64,000 nucleotides of DNA from Crocinitomicaceae bacterium. Its GTDB lineage: Bacteria; Bacteroidota; Bacteroidia; Flavobacteriales_D; Crocinitomicaceae. Position 1 is the first letter of the stretch. Each line of letters opens with the position of its first letter. Below are positions 37,419 through 47,938 of the stretch, piece by piece. Made by a program: the position numbers and the translations under genes. Below the pieces are notes generated by a model. The model ran no database searches. It worked only from the letters and a program-made list of their open reading frames with translations, and was not told the origin of the DNA. The stretch spans positions 32,465 to 96,464 of the forward strand of contig JAMLHA010000002.1 of assembly GCA_023957475.1 (NCBI GenBank), in the 5' to 3' direction.

Positions 37419-38681
37419 TTAATCGTAAATCAAATAATGTGATCTGACTTCTTTGAATTGTTTTAAATCTTCTTTCCAGCTATCTCTTATTTCTCGTTCA
37501 CTTGCAAACGAGTTGATTTGTTTCAATAATTCGTCATTTCCTGCCAATAAATTGAAAAATCGTGGACGATCTATCCATTTTTCGCCTAAAATTGGATACA
37601 ATGCATCTCTTGCTTCAAACAAATAATCCAATTCGAGTTTTTTTAATCGATGGCGTTGATCAGTAAGATTTTCCCCGTAACAAAGTTGCCCTTTTAATAC
37701 TGGTGAACTTGCTCCTGGCTGTGAAGTGGGAGTGAATGAAAATCCTTTGTCTGGAAACTGTGGATGTCCAAATAGTTCAAATGGAGTAGAGGTTCCACGC
37801 CCAACGCTCACCACCGTTCCTTCAAAAAAGCAAAGACTTGGGTAAAGCATAATGGCATTGTCTGTTCTCAAATTGGGAGAAGGTGGTATGGGCAAAGAAT
37901 AATGGCTTTTATGCGTATAGTTTTTTATTTCTATAACTGTCAAATCGCACTGAACACTGTCTTTTAACCATTTTTCTCCATTGATCATTTTACCGTATTC
38001 TCCTATCGTCATTCCGTATAAAACGGGCACTGGATGCATGCTGATAAATGACTCAAAACCAGCTTTTTTTACAGGACCATCAATGATGTTCCCATTTGGG
38101 TTCGGTCGATCTAATAAAATCACTGGAATGTTCGATTCTGCTGCTGCTTCCATGATATAATGAAGCGTTGATATGTAGGTGTAAAATCGAACGCCAACAT
38201 CCTGTAAATCAAAAACAATGATATCAATACTATCCAAATCAGTTGACTTTGGCTTTTTATTATTTCCATACAGAGAAATAATGGGTAAACCTGTTTTTTT
38301 GTCGATGTCATCATTGACTGTAGCTCCAGCATCTTCACTTCCTCGAAAACCATGCTCTGGTGAAAATACTTTGACTACGGCTACATCTTGCGAAAGAAGT
38401 GTATCCACAAGGTGTGTGTTTTTGATAAAAGAAGCTTGGTTTGCCACTACAGCAACACGTTTGTTGGCCAGTTTTGCAAGGTAATCATCCAATTGATATG
38501 CTCCGGGTATAATTCCCTCATTTTCATTGATTTCTGTATAAATTGTAGGGGTTGCTTCAACGGTTGAAAAGTTGCTATATGCAATAAAAAGAATTAAAAA
38601 GAGGGAAATTCTTTTTAACCAAAAATCCTTTGTGTATTTTAGCACCCAAAATCGTTGTCTATTGTCATTCGAATATTTCAT
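37419..38681 (-). CDS. DUF1343 / NamZ-like exo-beta-N-acetylmuramidase (start uncertain)
   Basis: FSPEHGFRG, FDLQDVGVRFYTY, LDRPNPNG, PPSPNL. Confidence 0.87.
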   Translation of the reverse strand: MKYSNDNRQRFWVLKYTKDFWLKRISLFLILFIAYSNFSTVEATPTIYTEINENEGIIPGAYQLDDYLAKLANKRVAVVANQASFIKNTHLVDTLLSQDVAVVKVFSPEHGFRGSEDAGATVNDDIDKKTGLPIISLYGNNKKPKSTDLDSIDIIVFDLQDVGVRFYTYISTLHYIMEAAAESNIPVILLDRPNPNGNIIDGPVKKAGFESFISMHPVPVLYGMTIGEYGKMINGEKWLKDSVQCDLTVIEIKNYTHKSHYSLPIPPSPNLRTDNAIMLYPSLCFFEGTVVSVGRGTSTPFELFGHPQFPDKGFSFTPTSQPGASSPVLKGQLCYGENLTDQRHRLKKLELDYLFEARDALYPILGEKWIDRPRFFNLLAGNDELLKQINSFASEREIRDSWKEDLKQFKEVRSHYLIYD

Positions 38682-40368
38682 ATCAAAACGTATTCTAAAA
38701 AACGAAGTACAAGGTAAGAAAGTTTCCAAAGCAATTGTGCGCATATCTGTTATAAGTATTGCACTAGCAATTGTTGTTAACTTAATTACGATCGCTATCG
38801 TTAAAGGTTTTCAAAGTCAAGTTCGTGACAAGGTTTCTGGATTTGGAGCTCATTTAAGCATTTTGTCCGCATCCGACGGAAACATGTACGAATCAACACC
38901 TATCCTCAAAAATCAGGCCTTTTTTCACGATTTAGAAAAAAATAATGAAATAAAAAGTATTTCAGCGGTTGCATACAAGCCTGTTTTGTTTCAAAGTGAT
39001 AAAAATGAGCGTGTTGTAAAACTATCCAATCTGAAGGATACAATCATAAAAGAACAAAATGTTCAAGGTGCTATACTAAAAGGAGTGGAAAATCAATACG
39101 ATTGGGATTTTTTTAAGGCTAATTTAAAGGAAGGTTCGATTCCTAAATTTGATAAAAAGCAACTATCCAACGAAATTATCATTTCAAAGCAAATAGCTTC
39201 GTTACTCAATTATGGAATCAATGATACGATTCGTGCCTATTTTGTTAGAAGCGCACCAATTCTTAAAAAGTTAGTCATAAAAGGTATTTATGAAACTGGT
39301 TTAGAAGATCATGATAAGAAATTTGCTGTCGGTGACTTGCGCTTGGTACAAGAATTAAATGATTGGGGCATTCAATCTACAATTGATATTGACGATACGC
39401 TTTACAAAGCACCAGGTTATGAAAGTCAGCTAATCGTTCGTGTGAAAGCGAGAGGAGGAAAAGGACAATTTCGTTACGATTGGGGTAGAGGTCAAGAGAT
39501 TTATGGTGCTAAAACAATTAATACGGATAGAGATACCAGTTTTCGGGTAATTGTATCGGACTATTCAATGAATTTATTGGAAAAAAACTCGTTGAGCCTT
39601 GAAGATACTGCGATTATTAAAATTACTATTTCTGGAAATAAAAATAGTATCAATCAGTTTGAATTGGAAGACAATTATTTGGTAAAACACTATGAGAACG
39701 AGACAGGGACAAAATACACTATCCATTCCAATGATAAACAAATTCATGTAGAAATTGAAAACGGTAGTGGTAGTTACATGAATTACATTGCTGGATTTGA
39801 AATAAAAGTGAAGGATTGGAAGAAGCTTGATGAGGTGCGAAAAGCAGTAAAATCTAAAGTAGAATTTATTCCATCTGAAGCAGGTGAGGTCTTTCGGGTG
39901 CAAAGTATCAAGGAAGCTGAAAGCGATATTTTTGTTTGGCTCGATTTTCTTGATATCAATGTGTTTATCATCATCGTATTGATGATTTTGATTGGCATTA
40001 TCAACATGGGATCGGCTTTATTGGTGTTGATTTTGGTTAGAACAAATTTTATTGGTATCTTAAAATCACTAGGTGCATCGGATTGGTCAATCCGAAAGAT
40101 ATTTCTTTACCAAGCCTCTTTTCTTATTTTGAGGGGAATGGTTATTGGTAACTTAATCGGTTTAGTAATTGCGTTTACTCAATACTATTTCAATATTATT
40201 CCACTCAATCCAGAGGTTTATTACTTAGACACTGTTCCCATCCAACTTTCATTTGTAGATTGGTTGTTGCTAAATGTTGGTACATTGATAGTGTGTGTCA
40301 TTGCATTGATTGTGCCAAGTGTGATCATTACACGTATCAATCCATCAAAAGCAGTTCGGTTTAATTAA
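38662..40368 (+). CDS. LolC/E-family ABC transporter permease with a ~139-aa periplasmic insertion
   Basis: Probable TTG start (MSFEYFISKRI); IGILKSLGA and YYLDTVP motifs; 4-TM layout. Confidence 0.85.
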   Translation: MSFEYFISKRILKNEVQGKKVSKAIVRISVISIALAIVVNLITIAIVKGFQSQVRDKVSGFGAHLSILSASDGNMYESTPILKNQAFFHDLEKNNEIKSISAVAYKPVLFQSDKNERVVKLSNLKDTIIKEQNVQGAILKGVENQYDWDFFKANLKEGSIPKFDKKQLSNEIIISKQIASLLNYGINDTIRAYFVRSAPILKKLVIKGIYETGLEDHDKKFAVGDLRLVQELNDWGIQSTIDIDDTLYKAPGYESQLIVRVKARGGKGQFRYDWGRGQEIYGAKTINTDRDTSFRVIVSDYSMNLLEKNSLSLEDTAIIKITISGNKNSINQFELEDNYLVKHYENETGTKYTIHSNDKQIHVEIENGSGSYMNYIAGFEIKVKDWKKLDEVRKAVKSKVEFIPSEAGEVFRVQSIKEAESDIFVWLDFLDINVFIIIVLMILIGIINMGSALLVLILVRTNFIGILKSLGASDWSIRKIFLYQASFLILRGMVIGNLIGLVIAFTQYYFNIIPLNPEVYYLDTVPIQLSFVDWLLLNVGTLIVCVIALIVPSVIITRINPSKAVRFN

Positions 40369-40393
40369 TAACTGGAGACTCTGTGTTAATAGG

Positions 40394-43300
40394 TTAATTC
40401 AACTTGTAATTTAAGTTCATGTTTTCAAGTGATTTCAATAATTCGCTTGTTACCTTTATTTTAATATTCTTTGCACTCATGTTCACATTCACTTCATCAA
40501 CAGGGTCATAAATATTGAATGTAATAGTGCTCGGTCCTTCATTGGATAAAAAGAGATTGTTTAAATCAGCGATTAACTTCTGATCCAGTAAGCGTGCTGA
40601 AATATTTAATACAAGCGATTTGGCACTTTTTTCACTTAAATTTTGAAGAAATTCAATGTTTGTAATTTCAAACGTTGGCTCTTTCCTGTAATTGATGATA
40701 AATTTACCATGAACGGCAACAAATATATTAGGAGTAATATATGGTTTGTTTCTTAGGTAATTATCTCCAAACAAAGCGATTCTGGCAGAATGGGTGTAAT
40801 CTTCCAAAGTGATGATTCCAAAAGGCATTCCTTTTACAGTAAATCGATGTTCTGCGTCTGAGATGTATCCGCCTACAACGATTGTTTTGTTTAAATAAGT
40901 GAGTGGATCGTTAATCATTTCAACATTTCCATTACAAAATGTTTTGAGTTCTAATTTATAATCATCAAGTGGGTGACCAGAAATATAGATACCAATTACT
41001 TCTTTTTCTTTAGATAATTTTTGCCAATTGCTCCATTCAGGTGCGTTGGGAATAATTGGTTCGGGCATTTCAACGGCAGAATCTTCACCAAATAAAGATG
41101 ATTGAGCAGAATCTTCGCTGTCTTTGTAGCTCGAACCGTATTTTAATAAACTTTCTAAAAATGTTCGTTTGTTTGCATCCTCTTGAAAAAATTGCGCACG
41201 GTGAATGTTTTTAAAAGAGTCAAAGCCACCACCAAAAATCAAGCCTTCATAAGCTTTTTTGTTACACTCTCTTGAGCTAACACGTTTTGCAAAGTCAAAA
41301 ATTGATTTGAATGGACCATTTTCTTCTCGTTCACTAATGATGGCAGATACGGGACCGTTCCCCAATCCTTTAATTGCACCTAATCCAAAACGAATGTCAC
41401 CGTTTTTATTTACGGTAAATTTCATGTGTGATTCGTTGATATCTGGGCTCAATACATTGATACCCATTCTTCTACATTCCTCCATGAAAAAAGTCACTTG
41501 TTTGATGTCATTCATGTTGTTGGAAAGCACAGAAGCCATATATTCTGCCGGATAGTTGGCTTTTAAATAGGCTGTTTGGTAAGCAATCCAAGCGTAACAA
41601 GTTGAGTGTGATTTGTTGAAGGCATAAGAAGCAAACGCTTCCCAGTCTTTCCAAATTTTCTCTAATGTTGTTTCATTGTGTCCTTTTTTTGCACCATTTT
41701 GGATGAACAAAGGTTTCATTTTATCCAACACTTCTTTTTGCTTTTTCCCCATTGCCTTACGCAGTGTATCGGCTTCACCTTTTGTAAAATCAGCCAACTT
41801 TTGAGAAAGAAGCATTACCTGCTCTTGGTAAACTGTAATACCATACGTTTCTTTCAGATACTCTTCACAATCATCCAAATCATAAACAATGGGCTCTTCT
41901 CCATGTTTTCTTTTAATAAACGAAGGGATGTAATCCATTGGTCCCGGACGATACAAAGCGTTCATGGCAATCAAATCGGCAAAAACGGAAGGCTTTAATT
42001 CCTTTAAATATTTTTGCATACCAGGAGATTCGTATTGGAAAATACCAACAGTTTCGCCTCGTTGAAACATTTCGTATGTTGTTACATCATCAACTGGAAA
42101 AGCATCGGGATCCAACTCTAGTCCATGTCGGATTTTAATATTGCGAAGCGCATCTTTGATGAGTGTTAACGTTTTTAAACCTAAGAAGTCCATTTTTAAT
42201 AACCCAGCTGACTCTACAACTTTGTTATCAAACTGTGTACACCACATGGTTGAATCTTTTGCTAAGGCAACTGGCACATAATTTGTAATGTCTTCTGGTG
42301 TAATAATGACTCCACATGCGTGAATACCAGTATTGCGCAACGAACCTTCGAGCATGGCAGCTTGTTTTACTACATTTCCTTGTAAGTTCGTTTGTTTCGC
42401 AATTTCTTTGAGTTCCCTTGCTTTTGCAATGGATTCAGAATTGTTTTTTAATTTCTCAGCTAATTTGTCCTCATTTAGCTTAAAAATATTGGATAATGAG
42501 GTGTCTGGAATCAATTTGGCAATTCTGTCAGCCTCATTCAATGGTAGGTCTAAAACACGCGCTGTGTCACGTATAGATGATTTTGCGGCCATTGTTCCAT
42601 AAGTGATGATTTGGGCAACTTGGTTGGAACCATATTTTTTGATTACCCAATCAATGACATCACCACGACCTTCGTCATCAAAGTCAATATCGATATCGGG
42701 CAACGATACACGTTCTGGATTTAGGAAACGCTCAAATAGTAGGTCGTATTTGATGGGGTCAACGTTTGTAATACCGATACAATAGGCAACTGCGGAACCG
42801 GCAGCGGAGCCACGCCCTGGTCCAACAGATACACCCATATCTCTGGCTGCTTGACAGAAGTCTTGTACAATCAAGAAATAACCAGGGTAACCTGTTTTTT
42901 CAATTGTTGACAATTCAAATTCCAATCGTTCTTTGATGTCATCAGAAATTTCTCCATAACGTTTTTTTGCTCCTTCGAAAGTAAGGTGACGTAAGTAGTT
43001 GTTTTCCCCTCTTTTGCCATGGTCTTCCAAATCTTGACTGTCTTGAAATTCTGTTGGTATATCAAAAGCGGGTAACAAAACATCTCTTGCCAATCCATAA
43101 GGTTCACATTTGTCGATAATTTCTTCTACAGACTCAATGGCTTCAGGAAGATCAAGGAATAATTCTTTCATTTCTTCCTGTGATTTAAAGTAATATTCCT
43201 CGTTGTCAAGTCCAAAACGGTATCCTCTTCCTCGTCCTTTTGGTGTACTTACCAATGCAGAATCTTTAATACAAAGCAAAACATCGTGTGCAATAGCATC

Positions 43301-44749
43301 TTGTCGAGATGGGTAAAATGTATTATTTGTTGCTACTAATTTAATGCCGTGTTCTTTTGATAGTTTGATGAGGGTTTCGTTGACACTGTTTTCATCACTT
43401 TGACCATGGCGCATTACTTCTATGTACAAATCCTCTCCAAATTGTTCTTTCCACCATAAAAGAGCTTCTTCGGCTTGCTTTTCACCTACATTTAAGATTA
43501 AATTGGGAACTTCACCATAAAGGTTTCCTGTCAATACAATGATGTCATTTTTATATTTCTCGATGACACTTTTGTCAATTCTTGGAACATAGTAAAAGCC
43601 TTCCGTGTAGGCAATGGAAGCTAATTTTATTAAATTGTTGTATCCTTTTTTGTTCTTTGCAAGAAAAACAACTTGATACCCATTGTCTTGAGATGATTTA
43701 TTGGTTAAATCTTTGCAAACATTGAATTCACATCCAATAATAGGTTTAATGAAATTGGCTTCAAACTCTTCTCCTTTCTCTTTGGCTTCTTCTTGTAATG
43801 CTTTGACTTTCTTATTGTAACTCGATACTTCCTTTTCAAAAACAAAAGCACCCATCATGTTGCCATTGTCGGTAAGGGCAACAGCAGGCATTTTGTATTC
43901 AGCAGCTTTTGCTACCAAATCGCTATATGTCGATATGGACTGAAGTATCGTAAACTGTGTATGGTTGTGTAAATGCGCAAAATGAACATTTTCTAGACGC
44001 TTTCGAGCATCATCGAGATTTCCTGTAGAAATGGTTGTTCCTTCTTGCGGTTTAAGTTTAGCACTTTCGGTTTTAAAATTGATGTGATTTAAACCTATCG
44101 GTTGAATCTCAGAAGGATTGTTTGTTTTGTATTCTTCTAAATAGGTTTCTGGTTGTTGCAATTCATCCAACGTGAAATTTCCTGTTCTTATCAATTCAAA
44201 GAAACAGCGAGCAGTAGCTTCCACATCGGCAGTGGCATTGTGCGCTTCTTGAAATGGAACACCAAATAAGTGTTTGTGCAACTCACTTAGTGTTGGTAGT
44301 TTAAAACGACCACCACGACCGCCGGGTATTTGACATAAATTAGCTGTAACTTCCGTACAAGTGTCCAAAACTGGCATAGCTCCCATTGGAGACTCTATAC
44401 CTGTTCGAACAAGTTCACAACCCAATACATTGATGTCAAATTTGAGGTTTTGACCGACAATAAATTTTGATTTCTTAAGTGCTTCATTGAAACTATCGAG
44501 AACAACGGTTAATTCTTCTCCATACTTATCAGCTAATTCTGTAGAAATACCATGTATTTGTTCCGCATCAAATGGAATGTTAAATCCATCTGGCTTAATA
44601 AGAAAATCTTTGTGTTCAATGATTCGGCCAAATTCATCATGTAATTGCCACGCTAATTGGATAACACGTGGCCAGTTTGTTGTGTCTGTTATAGGGGCGT
44701 TCCAATCTCTTGGTAAACCAGTTGTTTCGGTGTCAAAAATGATATACAT
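40394..44749 (-). CDS. dnaE: DNA polymerase III alpha subunit with N-terminal DEDDh exonuclease fusion
   Basis: FDTETTG...HNATADV exonuclease; PHP LHNHTQF; GRGSAAGS; PDIDIDF. Confidence 0.96.
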   Translation of the reverse strand: MYIIFDTETTGLPRDWNAPITDTTNWPRVIQLAWQLHDEFGRIIEHKDFLIKPDGFNIPFDAEQIHGISTELADKYGEELTVVLDSFNEALKKSKFIVGQNLKFDINVLGCELVRTGIESPMGAMPVLDTCTEVTANLCQIPGGRGGRFKLPTLSELHKHLFGVPFQEAHNATADVEATARCFFELIRTGNFTLDELQQPETYLEEYKTNNPSEIQPIGLNHINFKTESAKLKPQEGTTISTGNLDDARKRLENVHFAHLHNHTQFTILQSISTYSDLVAKAAEYKMPAVALTDNGNMMGAFVFEKEVSSYNKKVKALQEEAKEKGEEFEANFIKPIIGCEFNVCKDLTNKSSQDNGYQVVFLAKNKKGYNNLIKLASIAYTEGFYYVPRIDKSVIEKYKNDIIVLTGNLYGEVPNLILNVGEKQAEEALLWWKEQFGEDLYIEVMRHGQSDENSVNETLIKLSKEHGIKLVATNNTFYPSRQDAIAHDVLLCIKDSALVSTPKGRGRGYRFGLDNEEYYFKSQEEMKELFLDLPEAIESVEEIIDKCEPYGLARDVLLPAFDIPTEFQDSQDLEDHGKRGENNYLRHLTFEGAKKRYGEISDDIKERLEFELSTIEKTGYPGYFLIVQDFCQAARDMGVSVGPGRGSAAGSAVAYCIGITNVDPIKYDLLFERFLNPERVSLPDIDIDFDDEGRGDVIDWVIKKYGSNQVAQIITYGTMAAKSSIRDTARVLDLPLNEADRIAKLIPDTSLSNIFKLNEDKLAEKLKNNSESIAKARELKEIAKQTNLQGNVVKQAAMLEGSLRNTGIHACGVIITPEDITNYVPVALAKDSTMWCTQFDNKVVESAGLLKMDFLGLKTLTLIKDALRNIKIRHGLELDPDAFPVDDVTTYEMFQRGETVGIFQYESPGMQKYLKELKPSVFADLIAMNALYRPGPMDYIPSFIKRKHGEEPIVYDLDDCEEYLKETYGITVYQEQVMLLSQKLADFTKGEADTLRKAMGKKQKEVLDKMKPLFIQNGAKKGHNETTLEKIWKDWEAFASYAFNKSHSTCYAWIAYQTAYLKANYPAEYMASVLSNNMNDIKQVTFFMEECRRMGINVLSPDINESHMKFTVNKNGDIRFGLGAIKGLGNGPVSAIISEREENGPFKSIFDFAKRVSSRECNKKAYEGLIFGGGFDSFKNIHRAQFFQEDANKRTFLESLLKYGSSYKDSEDSAQSSLFGEDSAVEMPEPIIPNAPEWSNWQKLSKEKEVIGIYISGHPLDDYKLELKTFCNGNVEMINDPLTYLNKTIVVGGYISDAEHRFTVKGMPFGIITLEDYTHSARIALFGDNYLRNKPYITPNIFVAVHGKFIINYRKEPTFEITNIEFLQNLSEKSAKSLVLNISARLLDQKLIADLNNLFLSNEGPSTITFNIYDPVDEVNVNMSAKNIKIKVTSELLKSLENMNLNYKLN

Positions 44750-44824
44750 GAAATAAATTTTGCGAAGTATAAAATTAAGAATTTTTTAGAGCAAAAAAAA
44801 GCAAATTTCCAAAAGGTTATTAAC

Positions 44825-44857
44825 AAAAAAATCCCCGACGAATCGAGGATTTTTTTT
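44825..44857 (-). terminator. Intrinsic terminator after rplY
   Basis: AAAAAAATCC...GGATTTTTTT stem with flanking A/T tracts. Confidence 0.7.
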
Positions 44858-44878
44858 AAAATCTATTTACAGTTGCTA

Positions 44879-45454
44879 TTATTCAGCATCATCAGCTGAA
44901 TCATCAACAGAGTTACGAGATTTTTTGATAGATACCACAACAGCATTTGCTGGGTCTAAAACTGTTACATTAGGAATTTCTACGTTTTTAACACGAATAG
45001 ATTGTCCAATTCTCAAATCTGTAATGTTTACAACAATTGCATCTGGTAAATCTTTTGCTAAACCAAATACACGTAATTTTCTAAATACTTGAAGCAATCT
45101 ACCTCCAGCTAATACCCCTCTAGCACTACCTTCTAAACGTACAGGTAAACCAATTTTAATAGGTTTTTTGTCTGTTACTTCATAAAAGTCAACGTGTTGA
45201 ATAGTATCTTTTACAGGATGTTGTTGCAATTCACGGATGATTGCACTGTGTTTTTTACCATCAATGTCTAATTCTACTTTGTAAACATCTGGTGAAAAAA
45301 CGATTTTGTTGATATCGTTTTCCTTTACAGAAAAGTGAGTTTGCTCACCAGTTCCGTAAAGCACTGCAGGAACTAAACCTTGATTTCTAAGTGCATTAGC
45401 ATCCTTTTTCCCTACGTTCGCTCTTGACGAACCGCTCAATTGTGCTGTTTTCAT
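44879..45454 (-). CDS. rplY: 50S ribosomal protein L25/Ctc
   Basis: LRNQGLVPAVLYG, QQHPVKDTIQHVDF. Confidence 0.94.
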   Translation of the reverse strand: MKTAQLSGSSRANVGKKDANALRNQGLVPAVLYGTGEQTHFSVKENDINKIVFSPDVYKVELDIDGKKHSAIIRELQQHPVKDTIQHVDFYEVTDKKPIKIGLPVRLEGSARGVLAGGRLLQVFRKLRVFGLAKDLPDAIVVNITDLRIGQSIRVKNVEIPNVTVLDPANAVVVSIKKSRNSVDDSADDAE

Positions 45455-45481
45455 TTATTATTTATTTAATTTATTTCTATT

Positions 45482-46411
45482 TTATAAAAAGTTAGAGCTA
45501 ATAGATTGGTTATGTACCATTTTATTGATTACATCTGCAAATAAATCAGCTACAGATAGTACTCTGATTTTGCTACTTTGTTTCTTTAATGGAATCGTAT
45601 CGGTTACTATTAATTCAGTCAAATTAGACTCTTCAATTCTTTCGTATGCTGGACCTGATAATACAGCGTGTGTACAAAACGCTCTAACAGATTTTGCTCC
45701 TTTTGACATGAATAAATCTGCTGCTTTTGTCAATGTTCCGGCTGTGTCACACATATCGTCAACAAGTACCACATCTTTTCCTTCCACATCACCGATAACG
45801 GTCATTTCTGCAACTTCATTGGCAACTTTTCTTTGCTTGTGACAAATTGCTAAACCAGTATTCAAGCGTTTTGCATAAGAATTGGCTCTTTTTGCACCTC
45901 CAGCATCTGGAGCAGCCATAATCAAATTTCCTGTGTTTAATTTTTCGATTTCTGGAAAGAAAATGGTAGAACCGTATAAGTGATCTACAGGAACTTCAAA
46001 GAAACCTTGAATTTGATCAGCGTGTAAATCCATCGTCATAATGCGATCTACTCCAGCAGCCATCAACATATTGGCAACCAATTTGGCACCAATAGCAACT
46101 CTTGGTTTGTCTTTTCTGTCTTGACGAGCGAATCCAAAATAAGGACATACGGCAATGATTTTTCGTGCAGATGCTCTTTTTGCAGCATCAATCATCAATA
46201 ATAATTCAAATAAATTGTCAGTAGGAGGCATCGTTGATTGAATGATAAATACATCCATTCCACGTACTGTCTCTTCAAATGATGGTTGAAATTCTCCATC
46301 ACTGAAATCAGTTACTTTCACATCTCCTAAGGACACACCGTAAACTTTAGCAACTTTAGTTGCTAATTCTTGCGATGCTCTTCCTGAAAAAATTTTAATT
46401 CCTGCTGACAT
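45482..46411 (-). CDS. prs: Ribose-phosphate pyrophosphokinase
   Basis: FSDGE, YFGFARQDRK, DLHADQIQGFF, VDDMCDTAGT. Confidence 0.96.
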   Translation of the reverse strand: MSAGIKIFSGRASQELATKVAKVYGVSLGDVKVTDFSDGEFQPSFEETVRGMDVFIIQSTMPPTDNLFELLLMIDAAKRASARKIIAVCPYFGFARQDRKDKPRVAIGAKLVANMLMAAGVDRIMTMDLHADQIQGFFEVPVDHLYGSTIFFPEIEKLNTGNLIMAAPDAGGAKRANSYAKRLNTGLAICHKQRKVANEVAEMTVIGDVEGKDVVLVDDMCDTAGTLTKAADLFMSKGAKSVRAFCTHAVLSGPAYERIEESNLTELIVTDTIPLKKQSSKIRVLSVADLFADVINKMVHNQSISSNFL

Positions 46412-46468
46412 AATTCAAATTCTCAAATGAGGAGGCAAATTTAGGTATTTTTTATTTAATAAAACCAT

Positions 46469-46503
46469 AAAAAAGCGGATTCTTTTTTTAGAGCCCGCTT
46501 TTA
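46469..46503 (-). terminator. Intrinsic terminator after pntB
   Basis: AAAAGCGG/CCGCTTTT stem. Confidence 0.65.
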
Positions 46504-46517
46504 AATTGTTTTGCCTT

Positions 46518-47909
46518 TTATTTCTTAATGTATGAAAGTAATTTATCAACGCTGTCTTTAGCATCTCCTAATAACATTTCAGAGTTGTCTTTGTAGAACA
46601 ATGGGTTGTCTTCCCCAGAATATCCTGCTGACATGGAACGTTTCATAATGATTACTTTCTCCGCTTTCCACGCTTCAATAACAGGCATTCCATAAATAGA
46701 ACATCCCGGATCGTCTTGTGCACTTGGATTAACAACGTCATTGGCACCAATAACCATGACAACGTCAGTGTCTGGTAAATCAGGGTTGATTTCATCCATT
46801 TCCATTACAATGTCGTAAGGTACTTTAGCCTCAGCTAATAATACGTTCATGTGTCCAGGTAAACGACCTGCAACTGGGTGAATGGCAAAACGCACTTCTT
46901 TTCCTTCTTTTCTCAATGTTTGCACTAAATCATGAATGGGGTATTGTGCTTTTGCAACAGCCATACCGTATCCTGGTACAATGACGATAGATTTTGCTTG
47001 TTTCAACAAATCAGCTGCTTCTTCGTGATTAATGGTTGTAATTTCTCCTTCAATTGCTTTGCTCGAACCGCTTGTATTTCCAAAACCTCCTAAGATAACG
47101 GAAACAAATTTACGGTTCATGGCCTTACTCATGTGAATGGATAAGATCGCACCCGAACTACCAACCAATGCACCTGTAACAATTAATAAGTCGTTGCCCA
47201 ACATAAATCCTGCTGCTGCGGCTGCCCAACCAGAATAAGAGTTTAACATACTCACCACAACGGGCATATCACCACCACCAATAGCCATAACCATCATAAC
47301 ACCAATAAAACAACCAATAGCAGTCATAATGTACAGATAAATCATGCCATCTGTTCCTTCTGCTTGTGCAAATAGCACTCCTAAAATAGCTGTAACAATT
47401 AATAATAGGATGTTGATTGCATGTCGTCCTGGATAAATCAATGCTTTACTCATGATTTTACCGTCTAATTTACCCCAAGCAATAATTGAGCCTGTAAAAG
47501 TCAATGCACCAATAAAGATACCTACATAGACTTCTACCACGTGAATGGAGTGAGTAGCTCCTGTTAATGTTTGTGTTTCTGGGTCTAAATAAGAACCAAA
47601 ACCAACCAATACAGCTGCCAATCCAACAAAACTGTGTAAAATGGCAATTAATTGAGGCATGGCTGTCATTTCTACTTTACGAGCCAATGAAACTCCTATT
47701 AATGAGGCAATTGCAACGGCTACAAGAATGTAAACATGACCTTCTGCTTCATGTCCTAAAACAGTTGCTAAAAGTGCGATTATCATCCCCACAATACCGT
47801 ACATAACTCCACGTTTTGCAGATTCTTGAGAGGACAATCCCCCTAAGCTAAGAATAAAAAGAATACTTGCAAATAAGTATGCTGCTGTTTGTATTTCGTG
47901 ACCAATCAT
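46518..47909 (-). CDS. pntB: NAD(P) transhydrogenase beta subunit
   Basis: [44 protein letters not shown]. Confidence 0.96.
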   Translation of the reverse strand: MIGHEIQTAAYLFASILFILSLGGLSSQESAKRGVMYGIVGMIIALLATVLGHEAEGHVYILVAVAIASLIGVSLARKVEMTAMPQLIAILHSFVGLAAVLVGFGSYLDPETQTLTGATHSIHVVEVYVGIFIGALTFTGSIIAWGKLDGKIMSKALIYPGRHAINILLLIVTAILGVLFAQAEGTDGMIYLYIMTAIGCFIGVMMVMAIGGGDMPVVVSMLNSYSGWAAAAAGFMLGNDLLIVTGALVGSSGAILSIHMSKAMNRKFVSVILGGFGNTSGSSKAIEGEITTINHEEAADLLKQAKSIVIVPGYGMAVAKAQYPIHDLVQTLRKEGKEVRFAIHPVAGRLPGHMNVLLAEAKVPYDIVMEMDEINPDLPDTDVVMVIGANDVVNPSAQDDPGCSIYGMPVIEAWKAEKVIIMKRSMSAGYSGEDNPLFYKDNSEMLLGDAKDSVDKLLSYIKK

Positions 47910-47938
47910 ATTCTAATTTTTTTGAGAATTTCTATCTA

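Noticed and set aside
43919-43937. ATCGCTATATGTCGATATG in dnaE as a seventh palindrome copy
   Set aside because: Only 13/16 in the core; could be chance. Likewise the half-site in cas1 at 11751.
40394-44749. Exonuclease-DnaE fusion or possible intein
   Set aside because: The fusion is standard in Flavobacteriales, and no intein motifs or extra length were seen.
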